Both the position numbers and the translations under genes were made by a program. Under the pieces are notes generated by a model that was given only the letters and a program-made list of their open reading frames with translations, was not told where the DNA came from and did not search any database. Shown here in pieces: positions 16,806-26,831 of a stretch of 64,000 bases of DNA. Position 1 is the stretch's first letter. Each line of letters begins with the position of its first letter. Source of the DNA: Minisyncoccota bacterium. Lineage in GTDB: Bacteria > Patescibacteriota > Minisyncoccia > Phycocordibacterales > UBA9973. The DNA lies in the NCBI GenBank assembly GCA_039915165.1, contig JBDSNU010000007.1, forward strand, positions 113,812 to 177,811. Direction: 5' to 3'.

Positions 16806-19493
16806 TTAAGAAGTAGTTACTTCTTTATTTCGACTGAAAGAACTGATGCGCTTTTTCTTAGCTTGAACGGTGACAATAACTTCGTCACCCTTCATTGAAA
16901 CATCCACTGTATCACCTTCGTTAATTGTACGGGAGATGATACGTTCTGCGATTGGATTCAAAATCTTAGTCTGAATTAATCGGTTTAATGGACGTGCGCC
17001 GTACTGAGGATTATACCCGACACGTGCCAGGTATGAAAGTGTTTCTTCCTGTACAGTGACAGTAATCCCCTTTTCCAACAGTCGATCAAGTACAACTTTG
17101 GTGCGGATACCAACAATATCTTTGATTGACTCAGGACTGAGAATATCGAAGACAATAATTTCATCAATACGATTCAAGAATTCAGGGCGGAAGTAATCTT
17201 TGAGCGCTCCCTCTACCTTATCTTTTGTTTGAACGTATTCTTTTGCTTCATTATTGTTATGGAAGCCAATGCTTTCCATTTTCTGAATGAATTCAGAGCC
17301 AATGTTTGAAGTCATGACAATGATAGTATTCTTGAAGTTCACGGTTCTGCCCTTTGAGTCAGTCAGGCGTCCATCATCTAGTACCTGTAGCAATACATTG
17401 AAGACTTCAGGGTGTGCCTTTTCAATTTCATCAAACAAAATCACAGAGTACGGTCGATGACGAACTGCTTCAGTAAGCTGGCCGCTTTCATCATGACCAA
17501 CATATCCTGGAGGTGAACCAATAAGCTTAGACACACTGTGACGCTCCATATATTCACTCATATCAACGCGAATTAACGCTTTGTCATCATTGAACATGAA
17601 GTCTGCCAATGTCTTTGTCAGCTCAGTTTTACCAACACCTGTTGGGCCCAAGAATAAGAATGAGCCGATTGGGCGATTAGGGTCACCAATACCAGCACGG
17701 TTACTACGAACCACATGTGCGATCTTTTCAATGGCTTCTTGTTGACCAATCACGCGCTTGTGAAGCTCAGATTCCATATTCATCAGCTTCTCACGTTCTT
17801 CTTCAAGCATTTTCATCAAAGGCACTCCAGTCCAGCGAGCAACCACTTCAGCAATATCTTCTGCTGTGATATCTTCACGAAGTACACGACGGGATTTTTG
17901 AAGTTTTTTCAAACGAGTCATTTTTACTTCGAGATCTTTCTGAAGTAAGGGCAAATGACCGTAACGGATTTCTGCTGCGCGACCGAGGTCTGCACGGAGC
18001 TCGGCTGCCTCAGCTTCAAGACGAAGTGTTTCCAAATCTTTTTTGATCTTACTGATATCTTGTAAAAGAGTTTTTTCAGTCTTCCACTTCATTTCTAATT
18101 CTTTTGTACGCTCTCTGGAGTCAGCAATTTCTGCTTCAATAACTTTGATACGAGATTTTGCAATTTTGGTATCAATGTCTTTTTCCACATCTTTCTTCAA
18201 TGCTTCTTTTTCAATTTCAAGACGCATGATTTTACGATGCGCTTCTTCAAGCACTGGTGGCTTATTTTCTAATGCCATACGCAATGCCGACGAAGCTTCA
18301 TCGAGTAGGTCAATCGCCTTATCGGGTAAATATCTATTGGTAATATAACGAACAGATAATTGTGCAGCAGCAATCAATGCGTCATCGGTAATGTGTACAC
18401 CATGGAAAATTTCATACTTTTCTTTCAGTCCACGAAGGATAGCAATAGTATCTTCTTGAGTGGGTTCTTCGATATATACAGGCTGGAATCGACGAGCAAG
18501 TGCTGGGTCTTTTTCAATATGCTTCTGATATTCTTTCAGTGTTGTTGCACCGATTGCGCGAACTTCTCCCCGAGCAAGTGCGGGTTTCAATAACTGAGAC
18601 ATATCGCCTCCCCCATCACCAGTACCACCAGCGCCGACAATATTATGAATTTCATCAATAAAAAGAATCACACGACCTTCCATGCGTTCTACTTCTTTCA
18701 GAATGTTTTTTAACCGTTCTTCAAACTCGCCACGATATTTTGTACCAGCAAGTAGTGATCCAATATCAAGTAGCACGATTTCTTTGTCCTTCAATGATTC
18801 AGGTACATCACCTTTGGCAATACGGTTAGCGAGCCCTTCAACAACAGCAGTCTTACCTGTACCTGCTTCACCGATAAGGATTGGGTTGTTTTTTGTGCGA
18901 CGAGAGAGGATCTGCATGATACGCATGATTTCTTTGTCACGACCAATAACCGGGTCAAGTTTATCTTCCCGGGCCATAGTGGTAAGGTTGCGCGTAAACT
19001 TAGCGAGCATACGCATTTTTTTATTTCCGCCAGCATCTGCAGTTTTGTTGGTACGGAATTCTTCAACAGCTTGCACCAAAGATACTCGATCAATTTTGAA
19101 CTGATCTAGTAATTCAGATGCTTCGTTTTTTATATCTAACAGCGAGATAAACAGGTGCTCAGTTGAGACAAAATTGTCTTTCAACTCGCTGGCAACTTTT
19201 AATGAATGTTCGATTGCTTGTGCAAGGTCTCCAGTCAAAAACATTTGGTATGACGGAGCAACAGTAGTGTGAGTATCAACAGATTCAATTCCTTCGAGAA
19301 CAGAGTCGGTGAGTAACATAGTGTCCACTTCCAGTCGGTCGAGCAGTGTGACAACATTTGATTCTTCTTGAACAAGTAATGACGCCAATAAGTGCATGGT
19401 GTTTACATTATTTTGTCCTCGTTCAATTGCCAGTTCGTGCGCCCGCTTAATCGCTTCCTTTGCTTTCGTAGTGAATTGATGTAGTGGTGGCAT
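16806..19493 (-). CDS. clpB: Chaperone ClpB (Hsp100 disaggregase).
   Basis: Two AAA+ modules are present (GEAGTGKT and GPTGVGKT), with a long M-domain coiled-coil. The length is 895 aa. Confidence 0.95.
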   Translation of the reverse strand: MPPLHQFTTKAKEAIKRAHELAIERGQNNVNTMHLLASLLVQEESNVVTLLDRLEVDTMLLTDSVLEGIESVDTHTTVAPSYQMFLTGDLAQAIEHSLKVASELKDNFVSTEHLFISLLDIKNEASELLDQFKIDRVSLVQAVEEFRTNKTADAGGNKKMRMLAKFTRNLTTMAREDKLDPVIGRDKEIMRIMQILSRRTKNNPILIGEAGTGKTAVVEGLANRIAKGDVPESLKDKEIVLLDIGSLLAGTKYRGEFEERLKNILKEVERMEGRVILFIDEIHNIVGAGGTGDGGGDMSQLLKPALARGEVRAIGATTLKEYQKHIEKDPALARRFQPVYIEEPTQEDTIAILRGLKEKYEIFHGVHITDDALIAAAQLSVRYITNRYLPDKAIDLLDEASSALRMALENKPPVLEEAHRKIMRLEIEKEALKKDVEKDIDTKIAKSRIKVIEAEIADSRERTKELEMKWKTEKTLLQDISKIKKDLETLRLEAEAAELRADLGRAAEIRYGHLPLLQKDLEVKMTRLKKLQKSRRVLREDITAEDIAEVVARWTGVPLMKMLEEEREKLMNMESELHKRVIGQQEAIEKIAHVVRSNRAGIGDPNRPIGSFLFLGPTGVGKTELTKTLADFMFNDDKALIRVDMSEYMERHSVSKLIGSPPGYVGHDESGQLTEAVRHRPYSVILFDEIEKAHPEVFNVLLQVLDDGRLTDSKGRTVNFKNTIIVMTSNIGSEFIQKMESIGFHNNNEAKEYVQTKDKVEGALKDYFRPEFLNRIDEIIVFDILSPESIKDIVGIRTKVVLDRLLEKGITVTVQEETLSYLARVGYNPQYGARPLNRLIQTKILNPIAERIISRTINEGDTVDVSMKGDEVIVTVQAKKKRISSFSRNKEVTTS

Positions 19494-19624
19494 AGTATTT
19501 TATATAATTAAAAATTTTGTACAGTGTTTACAAGGGTTTCAGAGAAATCAGTCAAAACAGAAAAGTCATTCGGGCTATAGCTACTATAGCACTGATGGCA
19601 AGTTTTTTCCAGAAACAGATAAAA

Positions 19625-19665
19625 AATAAATAAACGGGGTCAGACCCCATTTATTTATTTTTTAT
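19625..19665. terminator. Long perfect hairpin terminator.
   Basis: aaataaataaacggggtc-a-gaccccatttatttattt (18-bp stem) followed by a T run. Confidence 0.6.
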
Positions 19666-20862
19666 ATTTTATTAGTATTTCTTTTAAAGCATGTATAAAG
19701 TTTTTTACTTCATTTTTGGTTGTACTGCGTCCATAAGAAATTCGCACCGCTCCCCAGCCTTGTCCATAGATACGCTCAACAATTCCTGATTCATCATTGT
19801 CTTCGTTTTTGCAGGCGCTTTTTGCGCTAACAGCAAAACCCCGGGCATCGAGTTCAAGTACCATTAACTCACTATCAAAATCTTTCAATGCAATGTGTGT
19901 GATATGCGGCGTGCGCTCATGTTGTACTGCTGTTATTGTTGCCTGTGGGATTTCTTTTGAAATAAGATCTTCTGTATATCGCTGGATATCTGCAATTGAT
20001 TGCGAATAGCTCTCAACATCTTTCTGTGCAAATGTCAGTGAGTGAGCAAAATCATGAATTAATTGAATGGGTTCTGTGCCTGGACGCAAACCATGCTGCT
20101 GGCCTCCGCCATACATAATAGGCGTGATCGGTGTGCCGCGTTTAACATAGAGCATTCCTACTCCTTTTGGACAATATAACTTTGTGGCGCCAAGCGTCAT
20201 CATATCTACGCCAAGCTTTTGCACATTCAATGAGAAATGCAGCGGCGCTTGTGTGGCATCTATATGCAAATATATTTCTACACTCGGGTTGTGCTTACGC
20301 AAAAATCGCACTCGCTTTGCAATTTCATAAATCGGCTGCACTACACCAATTTCATTATTGACATGCATCACAGAAACAATGGCTGCTAGTATTTCTTCCG
20401 GCAGAATAATTTGTTTTGGATCAATAATCCCCTGTTCTGTTGGCAAAATAGTTACAGTAATTTCTTTTGCTAAGACTGCCACAGTTTCTAATACTGCTGT
20501 ATGTTCAGTATCGGTAGTAATAATTGCAATTTGGTTTGGTTGAATGTTTTTGGCTAACAATCCACGAACTGTACCTTGTAATGCCAAGTTATCTGACTCT
20601 GTAGCATTCGAAGTGAAAATAATTTCATCAACATGTGCTGACAATGTTGTAGCGACTAATTCATGAGCATCTCTGAGTACCTTTTTTGCTACTAGTCCCT
20701 CCTTATGTAGAGCACTTGGATTGGCTTGTAGTGCCATTGTTGAAATTATAGGGAAATCGGCCAACATACGCTGATCAAGCGGTGTACTTGAGGCAAAATC
20801 GAGATATGTACGATCGCTTTGTGCTGACAGCGTCGTTTTTGAAAAAGACTTGAAAAAACCCA
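19655..20862 (-). CDS. Cysteine desulfurase (class V aminotransferase, IscS/NifS-like). The true start is the ATG at 20862, not the ORF-track start at 21157.
   Basis: YLDFASSTP matches YLDNAATTP. The PLP-Lys region is TLGATKLYCPKGVGMLYV. The upstream 98 aa of the ORF are Cys-rich junk antisense to the DUF4446 gene. Confidence 0.8.
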
Positions 20863-20885
20863 TAAAAATAGTATAATAGCTGCTT

Positions 20886-21362
20886 ATGGGACAAAGTATA
20901 CCATTAATACCTGTTGTGCTGATTATCATCCTTGCAATAGCCGTTGGTGTACTGACTTTTTTAGTTGTGCAGTTGCAAAGAAAGCTTCGCATATTCATGA
21001 ACGGCAAAGACGGATCTGATCTCGAAACTACCCTCATGGATCTGACACAAAAGGTCTTCAATATCGAAGATACCCTCCAGGCACACAAAGAAGGACTTGA
21101 ATATATTGATGGACGTGTGAAGCGTAGTATCCGCGGATACTCACTTGTTCGATACAATGCCTATGACAATGCCGGCGGCGAACAAAGTTTTGCTTCAGGC
21201 TTGCTCGATGAACATGGCGATGGCTATATCCTTTCTGTCATCACTAACCGCAGTCATGTTGGCGTATATTCAAAAAAAATTATCGCTGGTCAGCCAGAGA
21301 CTTCTCTCACCAATGAAGAAGCAGAAGCACTTACCCAAGCTAAACAACCACTCAACTTATGA
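20886..21362 (+). CDS. DUF4446 family membrane-anchored protein.
   Basis: N-terminal TM segment. The core VRYNAYDNAGGEQSFASGLLDEHGDGYILSVITNRSHVGVYSK resembles DUF4446. An ATGA overlap with infB suggests translational coupling. Confidence 0.55.
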   Translation: MGQSIPLIPVVLIIILAIAVGVLTFLVVQLQRKLRIFMNGKDGSDLETTLMDLTQKVFNIEDTLQAHKEGLEYIDGRVKRSIRGYSLVRYNAYDNAGGEQSFASGLLDEHGDGYILSVITNRSHVGVYSKKIIAGQPETSLTNEEAEALTQAKQPLNL

Positions 21363-22840
21363 ACAACATCAAAACAACTCGTCCACCAGTAGTCGCAGTC
21401 ATGGGTCACATCGACCACGGCAAGTCGACACTGCTCGACTACATTCGCAAAGCAAACGTTACAGCCGGTGAAGCCGGTGGTATTACTCAGCACCTCAGTG
21501 CATATGAGATTAGTATTCCCTATCAAGGCGCCGATCGTCGTATTACATTCCTTGATACTCCTGGACACGCTGCATTCGCTGGTATGCGTGAACGTGGTGC
21601 TATTGCTGCTGATATTGCTATCTTGGTGGTGTCTGCTGAAGACGGTGTAAAAGCTCAAACTATTGAGGCGCTTCATACTATCCGCAATGCAAAGATTCCT
21701 TTCATTGTTGCTATCAACAAAATCGACCGTCCTACTGCAAATATTGAAAAGGCAAAGCAGATGTTGGCTGAACAAGAAGTACTGGTTGAAGGATACGGTG
21801 GCGATATCGCATGGAATGCTATCTCTGCAAAAGTTGGTACAGGTATTGATGAACTGCTCGAAACAATCTTGCTCGTTGCTGATGTTGAAGATTTGCAAAC
21901 AACACCTGCGAATAATGCTGAGGGTATCATCATTGAATCTCGCCTCGATACTAAGCGTGGTATCACTGCTACCTTGATGGTGAAAGACGGTACTCTGAAA
22001 AAGAGTCAGTTCGTTGTTGCTGGTACTGCTATCACGACTACCCGTATTATGGAAAACTTCTTGGGCAAGACTATTGCAGATGCAGATGCTGGAACACCTG
22101 TACAACTCGTAGGATTCGACCACATGCCTGACATTGGCGTACCTGTTGTTGTATTCGACAAGAAGCGTGATGCTGAAAACTATATTGAAGAACTTGCTAC
22201 TGCTGATAAGAAAGTAGAAACTCGTACTAAGGATAGCGAAAAGGCTGTGCCTATTATCATTAAAGCTGACGTCTACGGTACTGCTGAAGCGGTAGAACAT
22301 GAAATCAAAAAAATGAAGGTTGAGGGACTTCATATTCGTATCATTAGCAAAGGTGTAGGTAATATTGGTGAAGCTGATATTAAACATGCACAAGGCGACA
22401 AAGATACTATTATCCTTGGTTTCAAAGTACAACTCGACAATAGTGCTCGTGATATTCAAGACAAGGTGGGTGCTACTATCCAAACATTTGATATTATTTA
22501 CAAGCTTACTGAATGGCTTGAAGTTGAACTTGAAAAGCGCCGTCCCCGAATTGAAACTCGTGAAGTCATCGGTACTGCAAAAGTATTGAAGACCTTCTCA
22601 AAAACAAAAGAGCGCCAAGTGCTTGGCTGTCGTGTTGAATCAGGCAGTATCACTGATGGCGCAAAGGTTTCAGTTATCCGTCGTGAATTTGCATTGACTA
22701 CCGGTACTGTTGTCGAACTACAACAAGCAAAGCAAAAAATGCGTGAGGTAACAGATGGTGAATGCGGTATCTTGGTTGAATGTAAAAACGACATTGCTCC
22801 CGGTGATATTCTTGAAGCATTTATCTACGTAACAAAATAA
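21359..22840 (+). CDS. infB: Translation initiation factor IF-2, short form lacking N-terminal domains.
   Basis: G-domain motifs VMGHIDHGKST, DTPGH and NKID are present, followed by the beta-barrel and C2 domains. The length is 493 aa. Confidence 0.9.
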   Translation: MNNIKTTRPPVVAVMGHIDHGKSTLLDYIRKANVTAGEAGGITQHLSAYEISIPYQGADRRITFLDTPGHAAFAGMRERGAIAADIAILVVSAEDGVKAQTIEALHTIRNAKIPFIVAINKIDRPTANIEKAKQMLAEQEVLVEGYGGDIAWNAISAKVGTGIDELLETILLVADVEDLQTTPANNAEGIIIESRLDTKRGITATLMVKDGTLKKSQFVVAGTAITTTRIMENFLGKTIADADAGTPVQLVGFDHMPDIGVPVVVFDKKRDAENYIEELATADKKVETRTKDSEKAVPIIIKADVYGTAEAVEHEIKKMKVEGLHIRIISKGVGNIGEADIKHAQGDKDTIILGFKVQLDNSARDIQDKVGATIQTFDIIYKLTEWLEVELEKRRPRIETREVIGTAKVLKTFSKTKERQVLGCRVESGSITDGAKVSVIRREFALTTGTVVELQQAKQKMREVTDGECGILVECKNDIAPGDILEAFIYVTK

Positions 22841-22841
22841 T

Positions 22842-23183
22842 ATGCCTACAGGAAATAAAAATCAAAGTGGTCGCGATACAAAGATTGAGGAACAAGTAAA
22901 AGAAATTGCCGCTCGCGTTATTGAACGTGAAAGCAACAAAACTGCACTGATCACTGTGAACTATGTTGAACTATATGAGAAAGGCCGCAAGGCAATGATC
23001 TATATCAGCGTACTTCCAGAAACTGGTGAAGAGTCAGCATTGAACTTCTTGAAGCGTAAGCGTATTGATATGCGTGATGAAGTAAAGAAGTACTTAAGAA
23101 TTCGTACTATTCCCTTTCTCGATGTTGCAATTGATATGGGAGAAAAAGCTCGTCGACACATCGACGAATTGTTGAAAGAATAG
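22842..23183 (+). CDS. rbfA: Ribosome-binding factor A.
   Basis: 113-aa KH-like protein immediately downstream of infB, in the conserved gene order. Confidence 0.8.
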   Translation: MPTGNKNQSGRDTKIEEQVKEIAARVIERESNKTALITVNYVELYEKGRKAMIYISVLPETGEESALNFLKRKRIDMRDEVKKYLRIRTIPFLDVAIDMGEKARRHIDELLKE

Positions 23184-23244
23184 TAAGATAGTGAAGCCGA
23201 CGGAAGCCCTTCGACAGATTTCTCCTTACGGAAAATCTTCTCAG

Positions 23245-23275
23245 GGCCGAAAATCGGCTATGCCGATTTTCGGCC
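23245..23275 (+). terminator. Hairpin terminator after rbfA. Its 3' arm overlaps the 5' end of tRNA-Cys by 4 nt.
   Basis: ggccgaaaatcggc-tat-gccgattttcggcc (14-bp perfect stem). Confidence 0.6.
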
Positions 23276-23343
23276 TGGTGGCCAAGTGGTAAGGCGGTTC
23301 TCTGCAAAAGAACTATACGCGAGTTCGATTCTCGCCCAGGCCT
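23272..23343 (+). tRNA. tRNA-Cys (GCA).
   Basis: Acceptor stem GGCCTGG/CCAGGCC. 3-bp D stem. Anticodon arm GTTCT-CTGCAAA-AGAAC. T arm GCGAG-TTCGATT-CTCGC. Confidence 0.8.
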
Positions 23344-23396
23344 CCTTCGCCGCGCTGAAGCTCGTAAGAGCGAAAGCGGGACGAGTAAGTAATATT

Positions 23397-23479
23397 GCCC
23401 GAGTGGTGGAATGGTAGACACGGGGGACTTAAAATCCCCTGCCCTCACCGGCGTGTGGGTTCGAGTCCCACCTCGGGCA
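23397..23479 (+). tRNA. tRNA-Leu (TAA).
   Basis: GCCCGAG...CTCGGGC acceptor stem. Anticodon loop CTTAAAA. Long variable arm. T arm GTGGG-TTCGAGT-CCCAC. Confidence 0.8.
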
Positions 23480-23523
23480 CAGAAAAGTAAATAAAGACAA
23501 ACATCAATGTGACTATTGAATTT

Positions 23524-23588
23524 GGGTGCACAGACAAAACAAAAAGCATTACCGTTTCGGTAATGCTTTTTGTTTTGTCTGTGCACCC
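23524..23588. terminator. 65-nt perfect hairpin (31-bp stem, 3-nt loop) between the convergent tRNA pairs. It overlaps the 3' end of tRNA-Lys.
   Basis: gggtgcacagacaaaacaaaaagcattaccg-ttt-cggtaatgctttttgttttgtctgtgcaccc. Confidence 0.85.
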
Positions 23589-23654
23589 AGCAGGACTCGA
23601 ACCTGCGACAGTCTCCTTAAGAGGGAGCTACTCTACCAACTGAGTTATGGGTGC
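23582..23654 (-). tRNA. tRNA-Lys (CTT).
   Basis: Acceptor stem GCACCCA/TGGGTGC. D arm ACTC-AGTTGGTA-GAGT. Anticodon loop CTCTTAA. T arm GCAGG-TTCGAGT-CCTGC. Confidence 0.8.
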
Positions 23655-23668
23655 ATAACCGTACAGAG

Positions 23669-23750
23669 TGCTGGGAGGGAGACTTGAACTCCCAAGCCTT
23701 GCGGCATTAGTTCCTAAGACTAACGTGTATACCAATTCCACCATCCCAGC
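23669..23750 (-). tRNA. tRNA-Leu (TAG).
   Basis: Acceptor stem GCTGGGA/TCCCAGC. Anticodon arm TTAGT-CTTAGGA-ACTAA. Long variable arm. T arm GGGAG-TTCAAGT-CTCCC. Confidence 0.8.
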
Positions 23751-23898
23751 ACACTATACAGTGCGTCTATCATAGCGTATTTATGCTTCCCTTTCAAGCT
23801 TATTTCACCATATTTTTACAATATAAGGGTATATTGACAATTTGACATTTTTATGCTATGATAAAGAAAAATAAATTTGTAACTTAACAATAGAAAAA

Positions 23899-25173
23899 AT
23901 GATAGAAACTATGCCCGAGTGGGAATATTGGACTCTAGTGAGTTTAATTTCCCTTCTCATTTTATGGTACATTTCCAACTGTTTCAATACGGTTCGTGAA
24001 GGATGGCACTACAATATCGTACTCTTTGGCCGTTGGTCAAGAACAATCAGTGGTGTGAGAGATCGCATACCTGACAAAGAAGGCAATCTTATCGTCTGTG
24101 ATGGATGCAATACTGCAACGTGGTTTTTCATCTTTTATGGGGTGGAAAGAATTGCCAGCTACAGATTTCATTGGGTTGAAGGAATGGAGACAACTAAAAT
24201 TGATCCGAACGGAAATCCAGAGAATATTATTTGGGGCAAAACAAAAGATGATGCTTTGGTTACAGTACAACGCGATGAAATGACTACTCATCATAAAGAT
24301 CGTCACGACTACCGATTTCGTCTGAACGGCCTGGAAACAGGCAAAAAAGAAAATGAACCGGTAGATACTGATGTGGTAGAAAACGTTAAGATTAACACCT
24401 TATTGAATTCCACTATCCGAATGATGAACCCGTTCAAGGCACAATTTCGTTCGGGTGGTGATGCAGACTGGTATAACAGCCTTTATGCAACTATTACCGG
24501 TACCATGGGTGAAGTATTAGCTGACACAATTTATGCTGATCTCGGCGATTTACGCGGAGAGAAGCTGCAAAATGTGTTGGTAAAAAACACTGAACCTCAA
24601 GAAATTGCGGCTACTGATGCCAATACTCAGTCACATGAAATACTTTTTAAGGATAACAATGGTAAGCGCTCGGAGAAAATTACTTTCATTCAGCGTATTA
24701 ATTACGAAATGATGATAGTAAAAGATCTTGGCATTGAACTTGTTAACATTACAATGATGGATTTCGAGCCTGATGATGCATATAAAGGGTTTGTGGAAGC
24801 AATGCAGCGCCAAGCGATTTCGAGCGTAAATGTCAAAACCGCTGAAAACGATGCGCAAGCCCGGAAGAAAAAATTAGATGTGGAGAAGAATTATGCAATT
24901 GATATTCTCACCGCGTCTAAAAATGCAAAAATCGAGTTGAAAAAGACCGAGGATGTAACAGTAACGAAGAAAGCTCAACACCTAGCCAATTTGCGCGTAC
25001 TAGTAGAAAGTCAAAGTGGTATAAGTAATGACATTGGCACTGTCGATGTTAATAAACTTATCAATAACACGGTTTCATTAGACGTTGCAGAAGAAATTAG
25101 ATCCGAAAGCGATGACCAAGCTTCGCCACCACAAAATTCAAACAGACCAAATCAAAACAGAAGGAGAAATTAA
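23899..25173 (+). CDS. SPFH/band-7 (HflK/C-like) domain membrane protein.
   Basis: N-terminal TM segment. The region GIELVNITMMDFEPDDAYKGFVEAMQRQAIS...AENDAQARKKKLDVEKN is typical of the SPFH C-terminal and coiled-coil part. Confidence 0.45.
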   Translation: MIETMPEWEYWTLVSLISLLILWYISNCFNTVREGWHYNIVLFGRWSRTISGVRDRIPDKEGNLIVCDGCNTATWFFIFYGVERIASYRFHWVEGMETTKIDPNGNPENIIWGKTKDDALVTVQRDEMTTHHKDRHDYRFRLNGLETGKKENEPVDTDVVENVKINTLLNSTIRMMNPFKAQFRSGGDADWYNSLYATITGTMGEVLADTIYADLGDLRGEKLQNVLVKNTEPQEIAATDANTQSHEILFKDNNGKRSEKITFIQRINYEMMIVKDLGIELVNITMMDFEPDDAYKGFVEAMQRQAISSVNVKTAENDAQARKKKLDVEKNYAIDILTASKNAKIELKKTEDVTVTKKAQHLANLRVLVESQSGISNDIGTVDVNKLINNTVSLDVAEEIRSESDDQASPPQNSNRPNQNRRRN

Positions 25174-25175
25174 CA

Positions 25176-25898
25176 ATGAAACAATCGAGGATTCTCGCGT
25201 TTAAAAACCAGTTATTTGCAAAAGGAAATGTCTGGCTTCACAACAGTGATCTAAAAAGATTAGTAGTAGTAATTAGTATAGGAGTTATTCTTATACTAAT
25301 ACTGCGAGCTATTCTTATGAAAATCCCCAGCAGTGGCATAGGAATAAATGTTGGAGGTATACTATTAATTGCCATTTGTTTATTGGCACTCGGAATTATC
25401 TTTGGAAAATATCTGAAAAAAATTACACTGGCAAAATTACTTTGGTGGAAGAAAAATTCTTCCACTCCCTCTTCTGTTGCAACAGGTGCTGCAATACCCA
25501 CAAAGAAAACTTGTGGTAGTAATTGGGCTAGTAATTTACTTAAGTTTGCATTTGCAGTACTAGTATTAGTTATAGCTGCTTATTGGGGCATAACTAGTTA
25601 CCGCACTGTAATTGTTGAAGGTGAGGGCTCAATACCTAGAACGCCGGCAATGCTTGGAATAAGAGATTCAACAAATCCTTACACTGAGTACACGCAAATT
25701 TATGTTAGTGGTACACCATATCACTTTCAGAAAAATGTCTATTACTTATATCACCACACTGGGACAGATTTCTTTTTTAAAGGTACTACTGGCATGAAAG
25801 AGCAATTTAAATTTGTTAATAAAGGCCGTGGTTATTATTTAATTAAATCTGTCATCGCTGATGATGTTATGGTAACAAGTTACGACACTAGTGACTAA
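25176..25898 (+). CDS. Hypothetical membrane protein (3 TM plus a C-terminal soluble domain).
   Basis: Good RBS (aggagaaattaacaATG). Hydrophobic N-terminal half. Confidence 0.45.
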   Translation: MKQSRILAFKNQLFAKGNVWLHNSDLKRLVVVISIGVILILILRAILMKIPSSGIGINVGGILLIAICLLALGIIFGKYLKKITLAKLLWWKKNSSTPSSVATGAAIPTKKTCGSNWASNLLKFAFAVLVLVIAAYWGITSYRTVIVEGEGSIPRTPAMLGIRDSTNPYTEYTQIYVSGTPYHFQKNVYYLYHHTGTDFFFKGTTGMKEQFKFVNKGRGYYLIKSVIADDVMVTSYDTSD

Positions 25899-25918
25899 TG
25901 TTCTTTGTACTAAAAGCC

Positions 25919-25949
25919 AAAGCCGCTCATATTTATGAGCGGCTTTTTT
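25919..25949. terminator. Intrinsic terminator.
   Basis: aaagccgctcat-attt-atgagcggcttt followed by a T run. Confidence 0.6.
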
Positions 25950-25989
25950 CTTCGCCCGCCATAGCTCTAGCGGAGGAGGGTATTCTTTT

Positions 25990-26334
25990 TTATTTAGGAT
26001 ACTGCAATTCCGTAATAGTTGGCGGAACAAATGTTTGTTGCTTGCTATTGAGCGTTAAGCCCGTAACACCAACTGTGTTGCCGAGAATGGTAATAATACC
26101 AAACACTCCAAACATGATTACAAACCCTACGATGCCCCACAACATATGATCCTTCCCTTCCTGACGCTTATCTTTGTCAGCAGCATTGCTGATGAATTGA
26201 AAGACGCCCCAAATGAAGACAACGAATGCAATAATGAATGCTCCTTCGATGGCGGGATTGATAATGTTGATATTTATCTTATACAACACTGTATCCAGCG
26301 CATCAGGACCTTGTGTAGCGGCGTAGGCAAACAT
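25990..26334 (-). CDS. VirB2/TrbC-like two-TM module protein, a putative T4SS-type pilin family member (paralog 1, module only).
   Basis: TM1 FIIAFVVFIWGVFQFI, a basic loop KDKRQEGK and TM2 WGIVGFVIMFGVFGII. The module is shared with four adjacent paralogs. Confidence 0.5.
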   Translation of the reverse strand: MFAYAATQGPDALDTVLYKININIINPAIEGAFIIAFVVFIWGVFQFISNAADKDKRQEGKDHMLWGIVGFVIMFGVFGIITILGNTVGVTGLTLNSKQQTFVPPTITELQYPK

Positions 26335-26340
26335 TGAATG

Positions 26341-26748
26341 CTATTGAAGGAATCCAGTAGTAGTACCACAAGTACCTGCAGTAGGATTGTATGTCAAACC
26401 TGGAGGACAAGTAACAGCTGGAGATCCAGACATTGTATCAACACCAGTAATTGTTCCTGCTAGGTGAATGATGCCCCATACAGCAACTGACACGAATAGA
26501 CCGATCAATCCATTGATCATAGCCTTGCGAAGATCAGCAACCTTAGATGCATCTGTGTTCATAATGAAACGAAGCACATTGTACAAGAAGAATACTGTCA
26601 TCAAGATAGTAAGAACTGTAACTGCTAAACGCAAGTATACAAGCCCTTGGCCTACGAATGAGTTGATATAGTTAAAGTTTTGCGCGAAGGCAACTGCGGG
26701 CAAAAGAACTGCTGATAGTGCACTAACATTAAAAACTGCTTTTTTCAT
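26341..26748 (-). CDS. Secreted VirB2/TrbC-like module protein with a Cys-containing C-terminal tail (paralog 2).
   Basis: Signal peptide MKKAVFNVSALSAVLLPAVAFA. Module LRLAVTVLTILMTVFFLYNVLRFI...GLIGLFVSVAVWGIIHL. Tail CPPGLTYNPTAGTC. Confidence 0.5.
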   Translation of the reverse strand: MKKAVFNVSALSAVLLPAVAFAQNFNYINSFVGQGLVYLRLAVTVLTILMTVFFLYNVLRFIMNTDASKVADLRKAMINGLIGLFVSVAVWGIIHLAGTITGVDTMSGSPAVTCPPGLTYNPTAGTCGTTTGFLQ

Positions 26749-26831
26749 AATAAATTAATTATTTACTTTATCCTGGTTAAGTACAGGTATAATAAAAAGT
26801 ATACCACGAAAAGCTATTGTCTAGCAGTGGA

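Noticed and set aside
17715-19104. Multiple plus-strand ORFs of 77-140 aa antisense to clpB. Similar antisense ORFs lie inside gyrA, the giant surface protein and gltX.
   Set aside because: They are antisense to long, well-conserved genes and have low-complexity Ser/Phe/Leu-rich products typical of AT-rich antisense frames.
19655-21157. ORF-track 500-aa version of the cysteine desulfurase.
   Set aside because: The first 98 aa are Cys-rich nonsense antisense to the DUF4446 gene. The conserved YLDFASSTP N-terminus begins just after the ATG at 20862, giving a canonical protein of about 402 aa.
23107-23586. 159-aa minus-strand ORF spanning the tRNA cluster.
   Set aside because: It overlaps three tRNA genes and the large hairpin. 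Its Arg-rich composition arises from reading tRNA GC-rich stems. It is spurious.
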